A stretch of DNA of 64,000 nucleotides, from NCBI GenBank assembly GCA_963816355.1, contig CAWFKH010000003.1, forward strand, positions 1,440,001 to 1,504,000. Direction: 5' to 3'. Position 1 is the first letter of the stretch. The number at the start of each line of letters is the position of its first letter. Made by a program: the position numbers and the translations under genes. Shown piece after piece: positions 36,857 through 47,202 of this stretch. A model generated the notes under the pieces. The model worked only from the letters and a program-made list of their open reading frames with translations, searched no databases and had not been told where the DNA came from. The DNA is from an uncultured Gemmatimonadales bacterium (GTDB lineage: Bacteria; Gemmatimonadota; Gemmatimonadetes; Longimicrobiales; RSA9).

Positions 36857-38613
36857 CGCGACGTCGCCTTTCCCGCGAGCGCCTCGATCTCGGCCTCCAC
36901 GTCCGCCGCGCGCGCGTCGGCGGCGTCCGGCGCCGCGTCGCGGAGCCGGATCAGCGCGTGGCGGACCGGCTCGAGGCGCAGCGCGTCGAGGGACGCGCCC
37001 TCCTCGAGACGGCGCTCGGCGGCGTGGTGGAACGCGCGCGCCAGGCGCACGAGGCGGTACGTCTTGGCGACGGGGGAAGCGGCGTCGTTGGCATCGAAGG
37101 CGCTCTGCGAAAGCACCGCTTCGCGGACGACGCGCGCCGCCTCGAGGAGCAGTCGCTCTCGCTCCTGCAGGGCGTCGACGCCGACGAGGCCGGCGATGTC
37201 GCGCAGCTCCCGCTCGCGCTGAAGCAGCTCGATCGTCTCGCGGCGAAGGTCGCTCCACTCCGGTCCGCCATTCTCGCGGAACCACGCCGCGGTCTGCTCG
37301 GTGAAGAGGCTGTAGCTCGTCTCCCAGTCCACCGCCGGGAACTGGCGCTGATGGGCGAGGCCGGCGTCGAGCGCCCAGAGCGTTCCCGCGACGCGCAGCG
37401 ACGCCTGCGTCACCGGCTCGGAGAGGTCGCCGCCGGGCGGCGAGACGGCGGCGATGACGGTGAGCGCCCCGCCGCGTTCCGGCTCGCCGAGCAGGACGCC
37501 GCGCCCCGCGCGCTCGTAGACCTTTCCGAGGCGGTTGCCGAGGTAGGTCGGGTAGCCTTCCTCTCCCGGCATCTCCTGCAGCCGGGAGCCCATCTCCCGA
37601 AGCGCTTCCGCCCACCGCGAGATGCTGTCCGCGAGGACCGCCACACGGCATCCCATGTCGCGGTAGTACTCGCCGATCGTGACGCCCAGGTAGATCGACG
37701 ATTCGCGTGCCGCGACCGGCATGTTCGACGTGTTCACGACGAGGACCGTGCGCTCCATGATCGAGGCGCCGGTCCGTGGATCGCGCAGCGCCGGCAGCTC
37801 CGTCAGCACCTCCGCCATCTCGTTGCCGCGCTCGCCGCACCCGACGTAGACCACGACGTCGGCGTCCGCGAAGCGGGCCAGCGACTGCTCGACCACCGTC
37901 TTTCCGGTGCCGAAGCCGCCCGGAAGCGCGACCGCGCCTCCCTCCCCCGCCGGAAAGAGGAAGTCGAGCACGCGCTGGCCCGTGACGAAGGGCCGGTCGA
38001 CGCGCAGCCTACGGCGCAGCGGCCGCGGCACGCGCAGCGGCCAGTCCTGCCAGAGGTGGAGCGGGCGCCCGTCGCCGAGCGTCCCGATCGCGGCGTCGGT
38101 GCGGTACTCGCCCGCGTCCAGCTCCGCCACTTCGCCCTGCACTTCCGGCGGTACCATCACCGCGTGCCGGAAGGCACCCTCGAGCACGACGCCGAGGACA
38201 TCGCCACCGGCCACCGGGGCGCCGGGACGAAGCGCCGGCTCGAACCGCCACACACGCGCCGGATCGAGCGTGGGCGCGGTGATGCCGGGCGGAAGGAAGT
38301 CCCCGGCGGCCGTCGCGATGCGGCCGAGCGGACGGCCGAGCCCGTCGAGGACGGCGCCGAGCAGGCCCGGACCGAGGCGCACCGCCAGCGTCCGGCCGGT
38401 GGGCCGCACCGGCTCACCCACGCGCAGGCCGCCCGTGTCCTCGTAGACCTGGAGCGTCGCGCGGTCGCGGAACACCTGGACCACTTCCCCGAGCAGGCCG
38501 CGCTCGCCCACCTGCGCCAGCTCGTACAGCGCCGCGCCCGGCAGCGGCCCGGCCTCCGCGAGGGAGCCGCTGATGCGCAGCACGCGGGCGGGACCGTCCG
38601 GAACGACGCTCAT
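36853..38613 (-). CDS. V/A-type ATP synthase catalytic subunit A
   Basis: GGFGTGKT, GCGERGNE, NTSNMPVAARE and EMPGEEGYPTYL. Confidence 0.96.
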   Translation of the reverse strand: MSVVPDGPARVLRISGSLAEAGPLPGAALYELAQVGERGLLGEVVQVFRDRATLQVYEDTGGLRVGEPVRPTGRTLAVRLGPGLLGAVLDGLGRPLGRIATAAGDFLPPGITAPTLDPARVWRFEPALRPGAPVAGGDVLGVVLEGAFRHAVMVPPEVQGEVAELDAGEYRTDAAIGTLGDGRPLHLWQDWPLRVPRPLRRRLRVDRPFVTGQRVLDFLFPAGEGGAVALPGGFGTGKTVVEQSLARFADADVVVYVGCGERGNEMAEVLTELPALRDPRTGASIMERTVLVVNTSNMPVAARESSIYLGVTIGEYYRDMGCRVAVLADSISRWAEALREMGSRLQEMPGEEGYPTYLGNRLGKVYERAGRGVLLGEPERGGALTVIAAVSPPGGDLSEPVTQASLRVAGTLWALDAGLAHQRQFPAVDWETSYSLFTEQTAAWFRENGGPEWSDLRRETIELLQRERELRDIAGLVGVDALQERERLLLEAARVVREAVLSQSAFDANDAASPVAKTYRLVRLARAFHHAAERRLEEGASLDALRLEPVRHALIRLRDAAPDAADARAADVEAEIEALAGKATSR

Positions 38614-38933
38614 TGCAGCCTCACCCGGTAGCCGATCGCCCGCCTCAGGATCTCCGCGACGTAGGCGGCCGCGCCACCCGGCAGCCGCGAGCCCGACGGT
38701 GCGGGCAGGGGAACGATCATCGGCAGCGCTCCCCGGCCGGCGCGCGCGACAGCGTCCTCCGGAATCAGGTCCTCCTCGAGCAGGATGAGGCCGACGCCGC
38801 CATCCGCCGCCAGCTCCCGGATCCGCGCCTCCGCCTCCTCCGGCGACGTGCACGGCAGCGCCGTCACCCCCGCGAGCGCGAAGCCCGCCGCCAGCGCCGG
38901 GCGGCACACGGCGCGCACCTTGTACGTCGTCAC
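38610..38933 (-). CDS. V/A-type ATP synthase subunit F
   Basis: GFALAGV, ILRRAIG; operon position. Confidence 0.85.
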   Translation of the reverse strand: MTTYKVRAVCRPALAAGFALAGVTALPCTSPEEAEARIRELAADGGVGLILLEEDLIPEDAVARAGRGALPMIVPLPAPSGSRLPGGAAAYVAEILRRAIGYRVRLQ

Positions 38934-39949
38934 GGGGACACCAGCTCGCTCGCCAGCGAGGTCCGCTCCGCGCCCAGCTCGATGCCCCACGCGATCCGGC
39001 GCACGTCCGTGATCTCGCCGCGCAGGCGCAGGACATAGGCGAGCAGCGGCGCCGGACCCAGCGGCTCGCGCCGCGCGCGGCGCACTGCATCCCGCGCCAG
39101 GCCGCGCAGGATCGCGTCCTCCACCCCGCCCCGCCGCTTCGCGGCCGGTCGCGTCGCCTCCGCGAGCGCCGGGTCGACGACAGCGTCGGCGAGCACGGCG
39201 GCGGCCGCGTCCTGGTCCTCCGCGCGCGCCGCGGCGACGAAGGCCGCCCGCTCGATCGCCGCGCCGCCCTCATGGAACGTCGTCTCGGGATCGCGGTCTG
39301 CGCCTTCACGAGCCAGCATGAGCGCCGCCAAGAGGTTCTCCGCGTCCACCAGCCGGCGCACGTGCGCAACGAGGGCGCGGCCGCCGCGCCGCGCCACCGC
39401 GAGCGCCCGCGCCAGGAAGGTGGCGGCGAGCGTGTGGTCGATGGCGAACAGGTCGGGGTGCGCGCCGCCCGCATGAGCGAGGATCGGGGAGCCGTACGGG
39501 CTGCCCCACGCGACGAGCGTCGCCGCGACGGCCCCCGGCGTGGAGAGCCGCGACAGCCGCTGCAGCGCCCCCTCCGGCAGCGCCAGCGTGGGCACCAGCC
39601 CCGCGACCCGCAGCTCCGGCGGGACGCCGCCGGCCGCCCCGCGGACGAGCGCCCGGATGCTGCGCCGGTCCTCATCCTCGAAGAGGAACGCCGTCGCATC
39701 GCCGTGGCTCCGGAGCCACGGCGTGAGGATCCGCAGGCGGGCGGCGGCGAGCCGGCGGCCCGCGCGATCGATGTCGGCCGCCGCCGGCCGCTCCGGCAGC
39801 GCGACCGTCGCGTACTCCGTCTCGCGCAGCGCCCGCGCCAGCGCGGCGTGGTCGGAGAGCGCCGCCAGCCGGCGCAGCGCCTCGGCGCCGATCAGCCGCG
39901 AAGAGAGCCCGCGCGCCCGCGCCACCACCGCCTCCCACCCCGCGCTCAC
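38930..39949 (-). CDS. V/A-type ATP synthase subunit C (d)
   Basis: ARARGLSSRLI, VDAENL, EITDVRRIAWG. Confidence 0.82.
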   Translation of the reverse strand: MSAGWEAVVARARGLSSRLIGAEALRRLAALSDHAALARALRETEYATVALPERPAAADIDRAGRRLAAARLRILTPWLRSHGDATAFLFEDEDRRSIRALVRGAAGGVPPELRVAGLVPTLALPEGALQRLSRLSTPGAVAATLVAWGSPYGSPILAHAGGAHPDLFAIDHTLAATFLARALAVARRGGRALVAHVRRLVDAENLLAALMLAREGADRDPETTFHEGGAAIERAAFVAAARAEDQDAAAAVLADAVVDPALAEATRPAAKRRGGVEDAILRGLARDAVRRARREPLGPAPLLAYVLRLRGEITDVRRIAWGIELGAERTSLASELVSP

Positions 39950-40542
39950 GCGACGCCTCCAGACTCGAGGAGGCGTGCCACTTCCTGCTCCAGGCGGGGC
40001 CGGAGCTGCCGCAAGCGCGCGGCGAGCGTCTCGTCGACGACCAGCGCGCCACCCCTCGCCGCCACCCGAAAGCCGGCGCCCACGGCGGCGTCGGCGCGCA
40101 CGTCGACGCCGTCGCACCCGCCCTCCGCGGCCGCGCGGCGAAGCGGTTCGGCGAGCGCGCCGGGGCAGCGGACGACGGCGTCTGCATCGTCCACGAGGGC
40201 GAGCGCCGCGGCGAGGCGGCGCGGGAGCTGTCGCATGTATTGCGGCGATTCGGCCGCCGCGCCCAGGGCGGCTTCCGCCTCCGCGAGGACGCGCTCGACG
40301 ACGCGCCGCAGGGCGAGGAGCCGGTCGGCGCGGGCGCGCTGCAGCGCCGCGCCGAGCTCGGCGGCGTGACGCTCGCGCGCTTCCGCTTCCGCTTCCGCGA
40401 GATGACCCTCCTTCTGCCGCTCGCGGCGAGAGCGGGCGGCCGCGCGGATCGCCTCCGCCTCCGCAGTGGCGGCGGCCAGCGTCGCCTCGACGCCCCGCGT
40501 GGCTTCGGCGCGCAGCGTCGTCAGGAGTTGCTCGAGCGGCAA
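39946..40542 (-). CDS. V/A-type ATP synthase subunit E
   Basis: LEQLL, long coiled coil, VVDETLAARL. Confidence 0.8.
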   Translation of the reverse strand: MPLEQLLTTLRAEATRGVEATLAAATAEAEAIRAAARSRRERQKEGHLAEAEAEARERHAAELGAALQRARADRLLALRRVVERVLAEAEAALGAAAESPQYMRQLPRRLAAALALVDDADAVVRCPGALAEPLRRAAAEGGCDGVDVRADAAVGAGFRVAARGGALVVDETLAARLRQLRPRLEQEVARLLESGGVA

Positions 40543-40561
40543 GGTCGTCGCTCCCGCGCGC

Positions 40562-40783
40562 TCAGGCGCCGCCGCGGAAGAGGATCAGCACGGCCACGAC
40601 GAAGCCGAGAATCACCATCGTCTCGGGGATGGCGACCAGGATGATCATGGTTCCGCTCAGCTCCGGCTTCTCGGCCAGCGATGCCGCGCCGGCCGCACCG
40701 ATCTTCGATTGCGCCCAGGCGGTGGCGAGTGCCGGCAACCCGACCGCGACCGCGGCGCTCAACGTGATCCAGACGATGTCCAT
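40562..40783 (-). CDS. V/A-type ATP synthase proteolipid subunit K (c), single hairpin, 73 aa
   Basis: AQSKIGAAG...EKPE...AIPETMVILG. Confidence 0.92.
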   Translation of the reverse strand: MDIVWITLSAAVAVGLPALATAWAQSKIGAAGAASLAEKPELSGTMIILVAIPETMVILGFVVAVLILFRGGA

Positions 40784-42738
40784 CCGATGCTCCCTTCCTG
40801 TTGCGTCGCCCGCGGCTTCCAGTGGGCGAACGGTCGATACTGCGTTCCGCCGGGGCTGTAGAACGTGCCGAAGAACTCGACGTAGTGGAGCCGCAGCGCG
40901 TGGATCGTCGGGCTGAAGAGGCCGAGGGCGAAGTTGACCAGGTGGAAGATCAGCGCGAACACGACGCCGACGGCGACGCCGCCCACCGCACCCACCATCC
41001 GGTTCGCGACCACCGCCATCATCACCGATGCCGTTCCGATCGCCATCACGCGCGCGTAGCTGAGGATGTGGCCGAGGGTCGAGAGCAGCTCGATCGGCGC
41101 GATCAGCCCTTCCGCGATCACGAGGATCGGGAAGACGACGAGGAGCAGCACGACCGCGGGCGTGAAGAAGCTGCGCGGCAGACGATCGACGGCGGCGAGC
41201 AGCGCCACGCCGATCAGGAGGATCATCACGATGGTGACGCCCGGCCCGATCGCACGCCGCCGCTCGCCGCGCAGCGCCGTCACGACGGCGAGGCCGAGGC
41301 CGAGCAGCACGTGCACGACGCCCAGCGAGACGGCCAGCACGAGAAACGGGACGAGCGCTTCGCCGCGGTCGAAGAGAATCGGACGCATGCCGAGCCAGCG
41401 CTGGCCCAGGTCGCCGAACAGCTCGCCGAACAGAATGCCGAAAACCACGGCGAAGAAGGCACCCGCTCCCGCGACCTCGGCGGCCGAGCGAAGCGGCGTG
41501 TCCGGCCGCGATCGCCGGTGCAGCAGCAGCGCGAGCGCCGCCAGCATCAGGCCGTAGCCCGCGTCGCCCAGGATGATCCCGAAGAACATCGGGAAGAAGA
41601 CCGCCATGAACGGCGTCGGATCGATCGTGCCGTAGCGCGGCAGCGGGAACATCCCGATCAGCAGCTCGAAAGGCCGCAGGAGACGAGGGTTGCGGAGCAC
41701 GACCGGCGCCTCCTCCCCCACCCACTCCTCGCGCGACATCCGCTCGACGACCACGGGCGCTCCGAGGCGCGCTCCGATCCGCTGGTCGAGCAGCGCGGCA
41801 TCCGCCGCGGGCAGCCAGCCCTCGACCACGAACGCGTGCGGCGTCAACCCCACGAGGGAGGCGGCCTCCAGCTCCGCGAGCCCGTCCCGCAGCGCCAGAC
41901 GCGCGGCGTCGAGGCTGCGGCCGTGCTCGCGGGCGAGAGCGTCGAGCGTATCGCGGCGCTCCCGCACCTGGCCCTCGATCCACTCCAGCCGCGCGCGGAG
42001 CGCCGCGCCGATGTCCTCCGGCGACCGCTCCGCGAGCCGACCAGGCAGCGGGATCTCCTGCACGCGCGCCTCGGTCAGCAGCCGGTCGACGTTCTCCGAC
42101 GCCGTGGCCGGGACCACGATCAGCAGCGCCAGCTCCCCCGTCGCGAGCCGCTCCGAGAACAGCTCGAACGCTTCGCCCAGCACCGCGCCCAGCGCGTCGC
42201 GGAGCTGCTCCACGGCCGCCCCCTCCGCCGGCCGCAGCACGACCGGGTACGCGACCGCGCTCGTCCACCGCGCGCGCGGCTCGAGGAGCGGCTCGAACGC
42301 GCGCAGGAAGTCCCGGTAGCGGACGAGCATCTCGCGCTCCTCCTCGAGCGAGAGAAGACTCGCGCGCGCCCGCTCTCCGCGCCGGACCACGTCGCGGGCG
42401 AGCCGCGCCCACCTCGCGTAGGCGGCGGCTCCGGCCTTCCCCGGCGCGGCGGCCGTGCCCGCGGTCGCGGCCGTCCCCGCGGTCGCGGCCGGTGCCGCGG
42501 CCGCGCGCTTCGCGCCCGCCGGAAGCGCGCTCAGCGCCCGTTCGACCCGCTCCAGCACGCGGCGCAGCTGGCGCACGCGCCGACCCGCGGCCGAGGGCGG
42601 CGCGGCCGGCACCAGGCCGCCGCGTCCGGTCGACGCGTCCACGAGGTGCACGCTTCCCAGGTCCTGGAGCACCTCCAGCACCTGCGAAAGCCTGTCGCGC
42701 GGCCCCATGATCCTCACCCTCGCCATCTTCAGGATCAT
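40759..42738 (-). CDS. V/A-type ATP synthase subunit I (a)
   Basis: PRYGTIDPT, GDAGYG, LSYARV and HALRLHYVEFF. Confidence 0.94.
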   Translation of the reverse strand: MILKMARVRIMGPRDRLSQVLEVLQDLGSVHLVDASTGRGGLVPAAPPSAAGRRVRQLRRVLERVERALSALPAGAKRAAAAPAATAGTAATAGTAAAPGKAGAAAYARWARLARDVVRRGERARASLLSLEEEREMLVRYRDFLRAFEPLLEPRARWTSAVAYPVVLRPAEGAAVEQLRDALGAVLGEAFELFSERLATGELALLIVVPATASENVDRLLTEARVQEIPLPGRLAERSPEDIGAALRARLEWIEGQVRERRDTLDALAREHGRSLDAARLALRDGLAELEAASLVGLTPHAFVVEGWLPAADAALLDQRIGARLGAPVVVERMSREEWVGEEAPVVLRNPRLLRPFELLIGMFPLPRYGTIDPTPFMAVFFPMFFGIILGDAGYGLMLAALALLLHRRSRPDTPLRSAAEVAGAGAFFAVVFGILFGELFGDLGQRWLGMRPILFDRGEALVPFLVLAVSLGVVHVLLGLGLAVVTALRGERRRAIGPGVTIVMILLIGVALLAAVDRLPRSFFTPAVVLLLVVFPILVIAEGLIAPIELLSTLGHILSYARVMAIGTASVMMAVVANRMVGAVGGVAVGVVFALIFHLVNFALGLFSPTIHALRLHYVEFFGTFYSPGGTQYRPFAHWKPRATQQEGSIGWTSSGSR

Positions 42739-43115
42739 GGCGCCGCCTCCGGCGCGATCTCTTCGATCAGGGCGAGCACGACGCCGGCCGCGAGCGCGGC
42801 GATGCGCGCCTCGTCCACCGCTTCATAGCGCGCCAGCCCGGCGCGGCGCTCCGCCTCGATCCGCTTCAGCTCCGCCCGCTGCTCCTCCGCGAGCCGCGCC
42901 TCCAGCGCCGCGATCTCCGCCGCCAGGCCCCTCGCCGCGTCGCGGTCGAGCCGCGCCGCCTCCTCGTGCGCCGCCCGCACCATCTCCGCCGCGCGCTCCC
43001 GAGCCCCAGCCGCCTCCCGCGCGAGCCCGGCCTCGACCTCGATGAGCCGCGCCAGGCTCCCCTGCGGAGCGCCACGCGCCTCGCCGGCACCGACGGTCTT
43101 CGCGGCCGATCCCAT
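42735..43115 (-). CDS. V/A-type ATP synthase peripheral stalk subunit G/H
   Basis: Ala/Glu/Arg coiled coil, first gene of the operon, ATGA overlap. Confidence 0.65.
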   Translation of the reverse strand: MGSAAKTVGAGEARGAPQGSLARLIEVEAGLAREAAGARERAAEMVRAAHEEAARLDRDAARGLAAEIAALEARLAEEQRAELKRIEAERRAGLARYEAVDEARIAALAAGVVLALIEEIAPEAAP

Positions 43116-43293
43116 TCCGCACCCCTCGCGCGGGAAGGAGGGCACGGCACGGCCCGCGCCCCTCTCGGCGAAGTTAGGAGGATTCGCCCTGGCTGTTTAT
43201 CGGGAATACCCGGATTCCACGGTAGGGGCGCCGCCTACGCCCGGGGTCGCGCCCGGGGTCGAGAGGCCGGAGCCGCCGCGGCGGCCCCACCGC

Positions 43294-44388
43294 TCATTCC
43301 GCGGCGGCGTCCGGCGGGACGACCACGGCCGACCCCTCCAGCTCGCCCGCGCGAAGCGCGTTCAGCGCAGCGTTCGCCGACGACAGCGGGAAGGGGAGTA
43401 CGTGCGTGCGCACGGCCACCCGCGGCGCGAGCGCGAGGAACTCCTCGCCATCGCGCCGGGTCAGGTTCGCGACCGACCGCACGGTGCGCTCGCCCCACAG
43501 GATCTCGTACGGAAAGCTCGGGATGTCGCTCATGTGGATGCCGCCACAGACGACCACGCCTCCCTTCCCAACCGCCCGCAGCGCCGCCGGCACGAGCGCG
43601 CCCACGGGCGCGAAAACGATCGCCGCATCGAGCGTCTGCGGCGGCGCCTCGTCGGAGCCGCCCGCCCACTCCGCGCCCATCTCGCGCGCGAACGCTTGCC
43701 CCGCCGCATCGCCCGGCCTCGTGAAGGCGTAGACTCTCCGCCCCTGGTGCGTGGCGACCTGCGCGAGGATGTGCGCGGCGGCGCCGAAGCCGTAGAACCC
43801 GATCCGCTCCGCATCGCCGGCGAGGCGCAGCGAGCGGAAGCCGATCAGCCCGGCGCACAGCAGCGGCGCCGCCTGCAGCGCCTCGTAATCGCCGGGCATC
43901 GGGAAGCAGTAGCGCGCGTCCGCCACCGCGTACTGCGCGAAGCCGCCGTCGATGTCGTAGCCCGTGAAGCGCGCGGAGTCGCACAGGTTCTCGCGCCCGC
44001 TGCGGCAGTAGCGACACTTCCCACACGTCCAGCCGAGCCACGGCACGCCGACCCGGTCCCCGGCGCGAAACGCGCTCTGCGGCCGTGCGCCCGCGGCGTC
44101 CGCGCCCGGCCCCCAGGCCTGTTCGGCGCCCGCGTCCCCGTCCGCGCCCGCCGCGTCGCCGTGCGCGGCGCCCCCCACCTCCACCACCTCGCCGACGATC
44201 TGGTGGCCGAGCACCAGCGGCAGCTTGGGATCCTTCAACTCGCCATCCAGGATGTGCAGATCGGTACGGCAGACGCCGCAGGCGAGAACGCGAAGCAGCA
44301 CCTGTCCGGCTCCCGGCACGGGGACCGGGAGCTCCACCTGGCGCAGGGGCCGGCCTGGCGCCTCCAGCACCATCGCCATCATTCTCAT
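43294..44388 (-). CDS. Zinc-dependent alcohol dehydrogenase family protein
   Basis: CGVCRTD, GHQIVG, CGKCRYC...C, LLCAG and GFGAAAH. Confidence 0.92.
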   Translation of the reverse strand: MRMMAMVLEAPGRPLRQVELPVPVPGAGQVLLRVLACGVCRTDLHILDGELKDPKLPLVLGHQIVGEVVEVGGAAHGDAAGADGDAGAEQAWGPGADAAGARPQSAFRAGDRVGVPWLGWTCGKCRYCRSGRENLCDSARFTGYDIDGGFAQYAVADARYCFPMPGDYEALQAAPLLCAGLIGFRSLRLAGDAERIGFYGFGAAAHILAQVATHQGRRVYAFTRPGDAAGQAFAREMGAEWAGGSDEAPPQTLDAAIVFAPVGALVPAALRAVGKGGVVVCGGIHMSDIPSFPYEILWGERTVRSVANLTRRDGEEFLALAPRVAVRTHVLPFPLSSANAALNALRAGELEGSAVVVPPDAAAE

Positions 44389-44465
44389 TCCGACATCATG
44401 CGCCCGCCGCGCCGCGGTGCGCCACCCCCGGCACCGCGCCGCGATCCGCTACGAGAGGTGAACCG

Positions 44466-47042
44466 TTGACCGTCGAGACACGCCCGCGAGCCGTGGGCCC
44501 CGCGCCCTCCCACCGCCACCCTCGCGCCACCCTCGCCCTCGTCGTCGCGGCGCTCGTCGCGGCGCTCGCGGTGCCCACCCGCCGCGCCGAGGCCCAGACG
44601 CCGAGAGACAGCGTCCTCGCCGGGCTGCACGCGCGCTCGCACGACTTCGACCTGCTCCACCAGCGCATCGAGGTCGGCGCCTTCGACTGGGACTCGACCC
44701 GCTTCGAGGGCCGCGTGACCACGCGCCTCGCCGCGCTGCGACCGGGGCTGGACTCGGTGGTCCTCGACGCAGGGCACCGGCTCGCCATCCGCCGCGTCCG
44801 CGACGCCGCGGGCACGCCGCTCCACACCGGCTCGCACGGCGACACGCTCGTGATCCACCTCGCACACCCGCTCGACTTCCGCGACTCCGTCGAGTTCACG
44901 ATCGAGTACGGCGGCCGCGTCGACAACGGTCGCGGCCTCGCCTTCATCCAGCCGGAAGGCCGCCCGCACCGCCCCCGTCAGATCTGGAGCCAGGGCGAGG
45001 GCACGAACAACCACCTGTGGTTCCCGACCTACGACGCGCCGAACGACAAGACGACGTGGGAGATGGTCGCCACGGTGCCCGCCGGCGACGTCGCCGTCTC
45101 CAACGGCCGCCTCCTCTCCGAGAAGACGAACGCCGACGGCACGCGCACCTTCGACTGGAGCCAGGAGGAGCCCTCCGCGACGTATCTCGTCTCGCTGATC
45201 GTGGCGCCGCTCGCGCGCATCCACGACGCGTGGAACGGCAAGCCCGTCGACTACTACGTCTACCACGCCGACAGCGCCCGGGCGTGGCCGCTCTTCCACG
45301 TCACGCCGGACATGATCGAGGCGTACTCCAGCCTCACCGGTGTGCCGTACCCGTGGCCGAAGTACGCGCAGACCACCGTCGCGGACTTTTTCGGCGGAAT
45401 GGAGAACGTGAGCGCGACGACGCTCGTCGACTGGCTGCCCGACGCGCCCGCCTACGCCGACCGCCCCTGGTACCGCTGGATCCTCATCCCGCACGAGCTC
45501 GCGCATCAGTGGTTCGGCGACTACGTCACCACCGAGGACTGGGCGAACATCTGGCTCAACGAAGGGTTCGCCGAGTTCATGCCCGGCCAGTACTGGCGCC
45601 TGCGCGCCGGCGACCACGCGGCCCAGGACTACTTTCTGGACGAGTACGACGACTTCATGGTGGCCGACGCGCGCCGCCGCATGCCGATCGCGACCGCCGG
45701 CTCCAACGTCATCTACCCGAAGGGCGCGCTCGTCCTCGAGATGCTCCGCAAACGCCTCGGCGACGACCGCTTCTGGGCCGGCGTCCACCGCTACCTCGTC
45801 GACCACGCCTTCTCGAACGCCACCACCGACGATCTGCGCCAGGCGTTCCTCGACGCGACCGGCGTCAACCTCGCCCCCTTCTTCGACCAGTGGGTCTACG
45901 CCGCCGGCTTCCCCGCCTTCCACGTCACCTCCGACTACGACGCCGCCGCGCACCGCCTCACCCTCCACGTGCGCCAGACCCAGTCCGCCGTCGCCGCCGC
46001 CGACTCCGACGCCGGCGCCACCGACGCCGGCGCGCGCGGGGGCAGGCCCGGCGACGTCGCGCCGCGCGCCGCGCCGGCCTATCCGACACCCGCCGCCTTC
46101 CACACGCCCGTCGACATCCGCGTCGCGACCGCGCAGCGGGACACGCTCGTCCACGCCACGATCGACGCCGAGGAGGAGACGATCGTCGTCGACGGCGTCG
46201 ACGACGAGCCCCGGATGATCGTCTTCGACGAGGGCGACCGCGTCCTCAAGACGCTTACGTTCGACCAGACGACGCCGATGCTCGCGAACCTGCTCGCGCG
46301 CGACGCCGACCTGTGGAACCGGCAGTGGGCGATCGACCAGCTCGCGCAACGCCCGCACGACGCCGACGCCGCGCGCTCCCTCGCCGACGCCGCCACCGGC
46401 GCCGACTATTTCCGCACTCGAGCCGCGGCCGCCCTCGCCCTCGCCCGCTTCCCCGCGCCGCTCGCGCTGCCGGCACTCGGCCGCGCCGCCCGCGACACGT
46501 CCGCGCAGGTGCGCGCCGCGGCCGTGACCGCGGCCGGAAGCGTGGCCGACACGGCCGCCGCGCGGCTGGCGCGCGCCGCGCTCTCCGACTCCAGCTACCA
46601 GGTCCGCGCCGCCGCCGTGGTCGCCGTGGCGCGCCTCGAGCGGTCCGCCGCCCACTCCGTGCTCGCACGGGCCCTCGCGTCCGACTCCTACCGCGACGTG
46701 GTGCGGGAAGCCGCGCTGCAGGCGATCGCGGGCCTCGACGACACCACGTTCGTCGCGCCGCTCGCCGCGATGATCGGTGAGGATCGCGCCGTCGCCGCCA
46801 CGCTCGCTACGCTCGCCGGCCACGGCAGCGCGCGGGCTCTCCGACTCCTCGTCGAACACCTCAACGACGAGCGCGCCTACGTCCGTCGCTGGGCCCTGAC
46901 CGCGCTCGCGACGCGGCTCGACCCGGCCGTCGCCACCGCCCGGCTCGAGGCGGCCGAACCCGGCCTGCGCTACGACGACACGCGGGAGAGCCTGCGCGCG
47001 CTGCTCGAACGGCTCGCCCACCGGCGGCCCGGGAGCGGTTGA
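44466..47042 (+). CDS. Secreted M1 aminopeptidase with C-terminal HEAT repeats (start approximate)
   Basis: GGMEN, HELAHQWFG...WLNEGFA, YPKG; HEAT-like repeats. Confidence 0.9.
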   Translation: MTVETRPRAVGPAPSHRHPRATLALVVAALVAALAVPTRRAEAQTPRDSVLAGLHARSHDFDLLHQRIEVGAFDWDSTRFEGRVTTRLAALRPGLDSVVLDAGHRLAIRRVRDAAGTPLHTGSHGDTLVIHLAHPLDFRDSVEFTIEYGGRVDNGRGLAFIQPEGRPHRPRQIWSQGEGTNNHLWFPTYDAPNDKTTWEMVATVPAGDVAVSNGRLLSEKTNADGTRTFDWSQEEPSATYLVSLIVAPLARIHDAWNGKPVDYYVYHADSARAWPLFHVTPDMIEAYSSLTGVPYPWPKYAQTTVADFFGGMENVSATTLVDWLPDAPAYADRPWYRWILIPHELAHQWFGDYVTTEDWANIWLNEGFAEFMPGQYWRLRAGDHAAQDYFLDEYDDFMVADARRRMPIATAGSNVIYPKGALVLEMLRKRLGDDRFWAGVHRYLVDHAFSNATTDDLRQAFLDATGVNLAPFFDQWVYAAGFPAFHVTSDYDAAAHRLTLHVRQTQSAVAAADSDAGATDAGARGGRPGDVAPRAAPAYPTPAAFHTPVDIRVATAQRDTLVHATIDAEEETIVVDGVDDEPRMIVFDEGDRVLKTLTFDQTTPMLANLLARDADLWNRQWAIDQLAQRPHDADAARSLADAATGADYFRTRAAAALALARFPAPLALPALGRAARDTSAQVRAAAVTAAGSVADTAAARLARAALSDSSYQVRAAAVVAVARLERSAAHSVLARALASDSYRDVVREAALQAIAGLDDTTFVAPLAAMIGEDRAVAATLATLAGHGSARALRLLVEHLNDERAYVRRWALTALATRLDPAVATARLEAAEPGLRYDDTRESLRALLERLAHRRPGSG

Positions 47043-47202
47043 GCGCGCGAGCGTGAACGGCGTCGCTTCCGCCGCGACGGAATTCTAGGTACTCTGGTCC
47101 GTGGGAGCTGCACCGGCTCCGCACGATCTCCTCGATCGAACGCCGGATCCGTGGCCGGCGCGTCGACCGTCGGTCGCGCACGGAGCGAGGGAGGACACCG
47201 CC

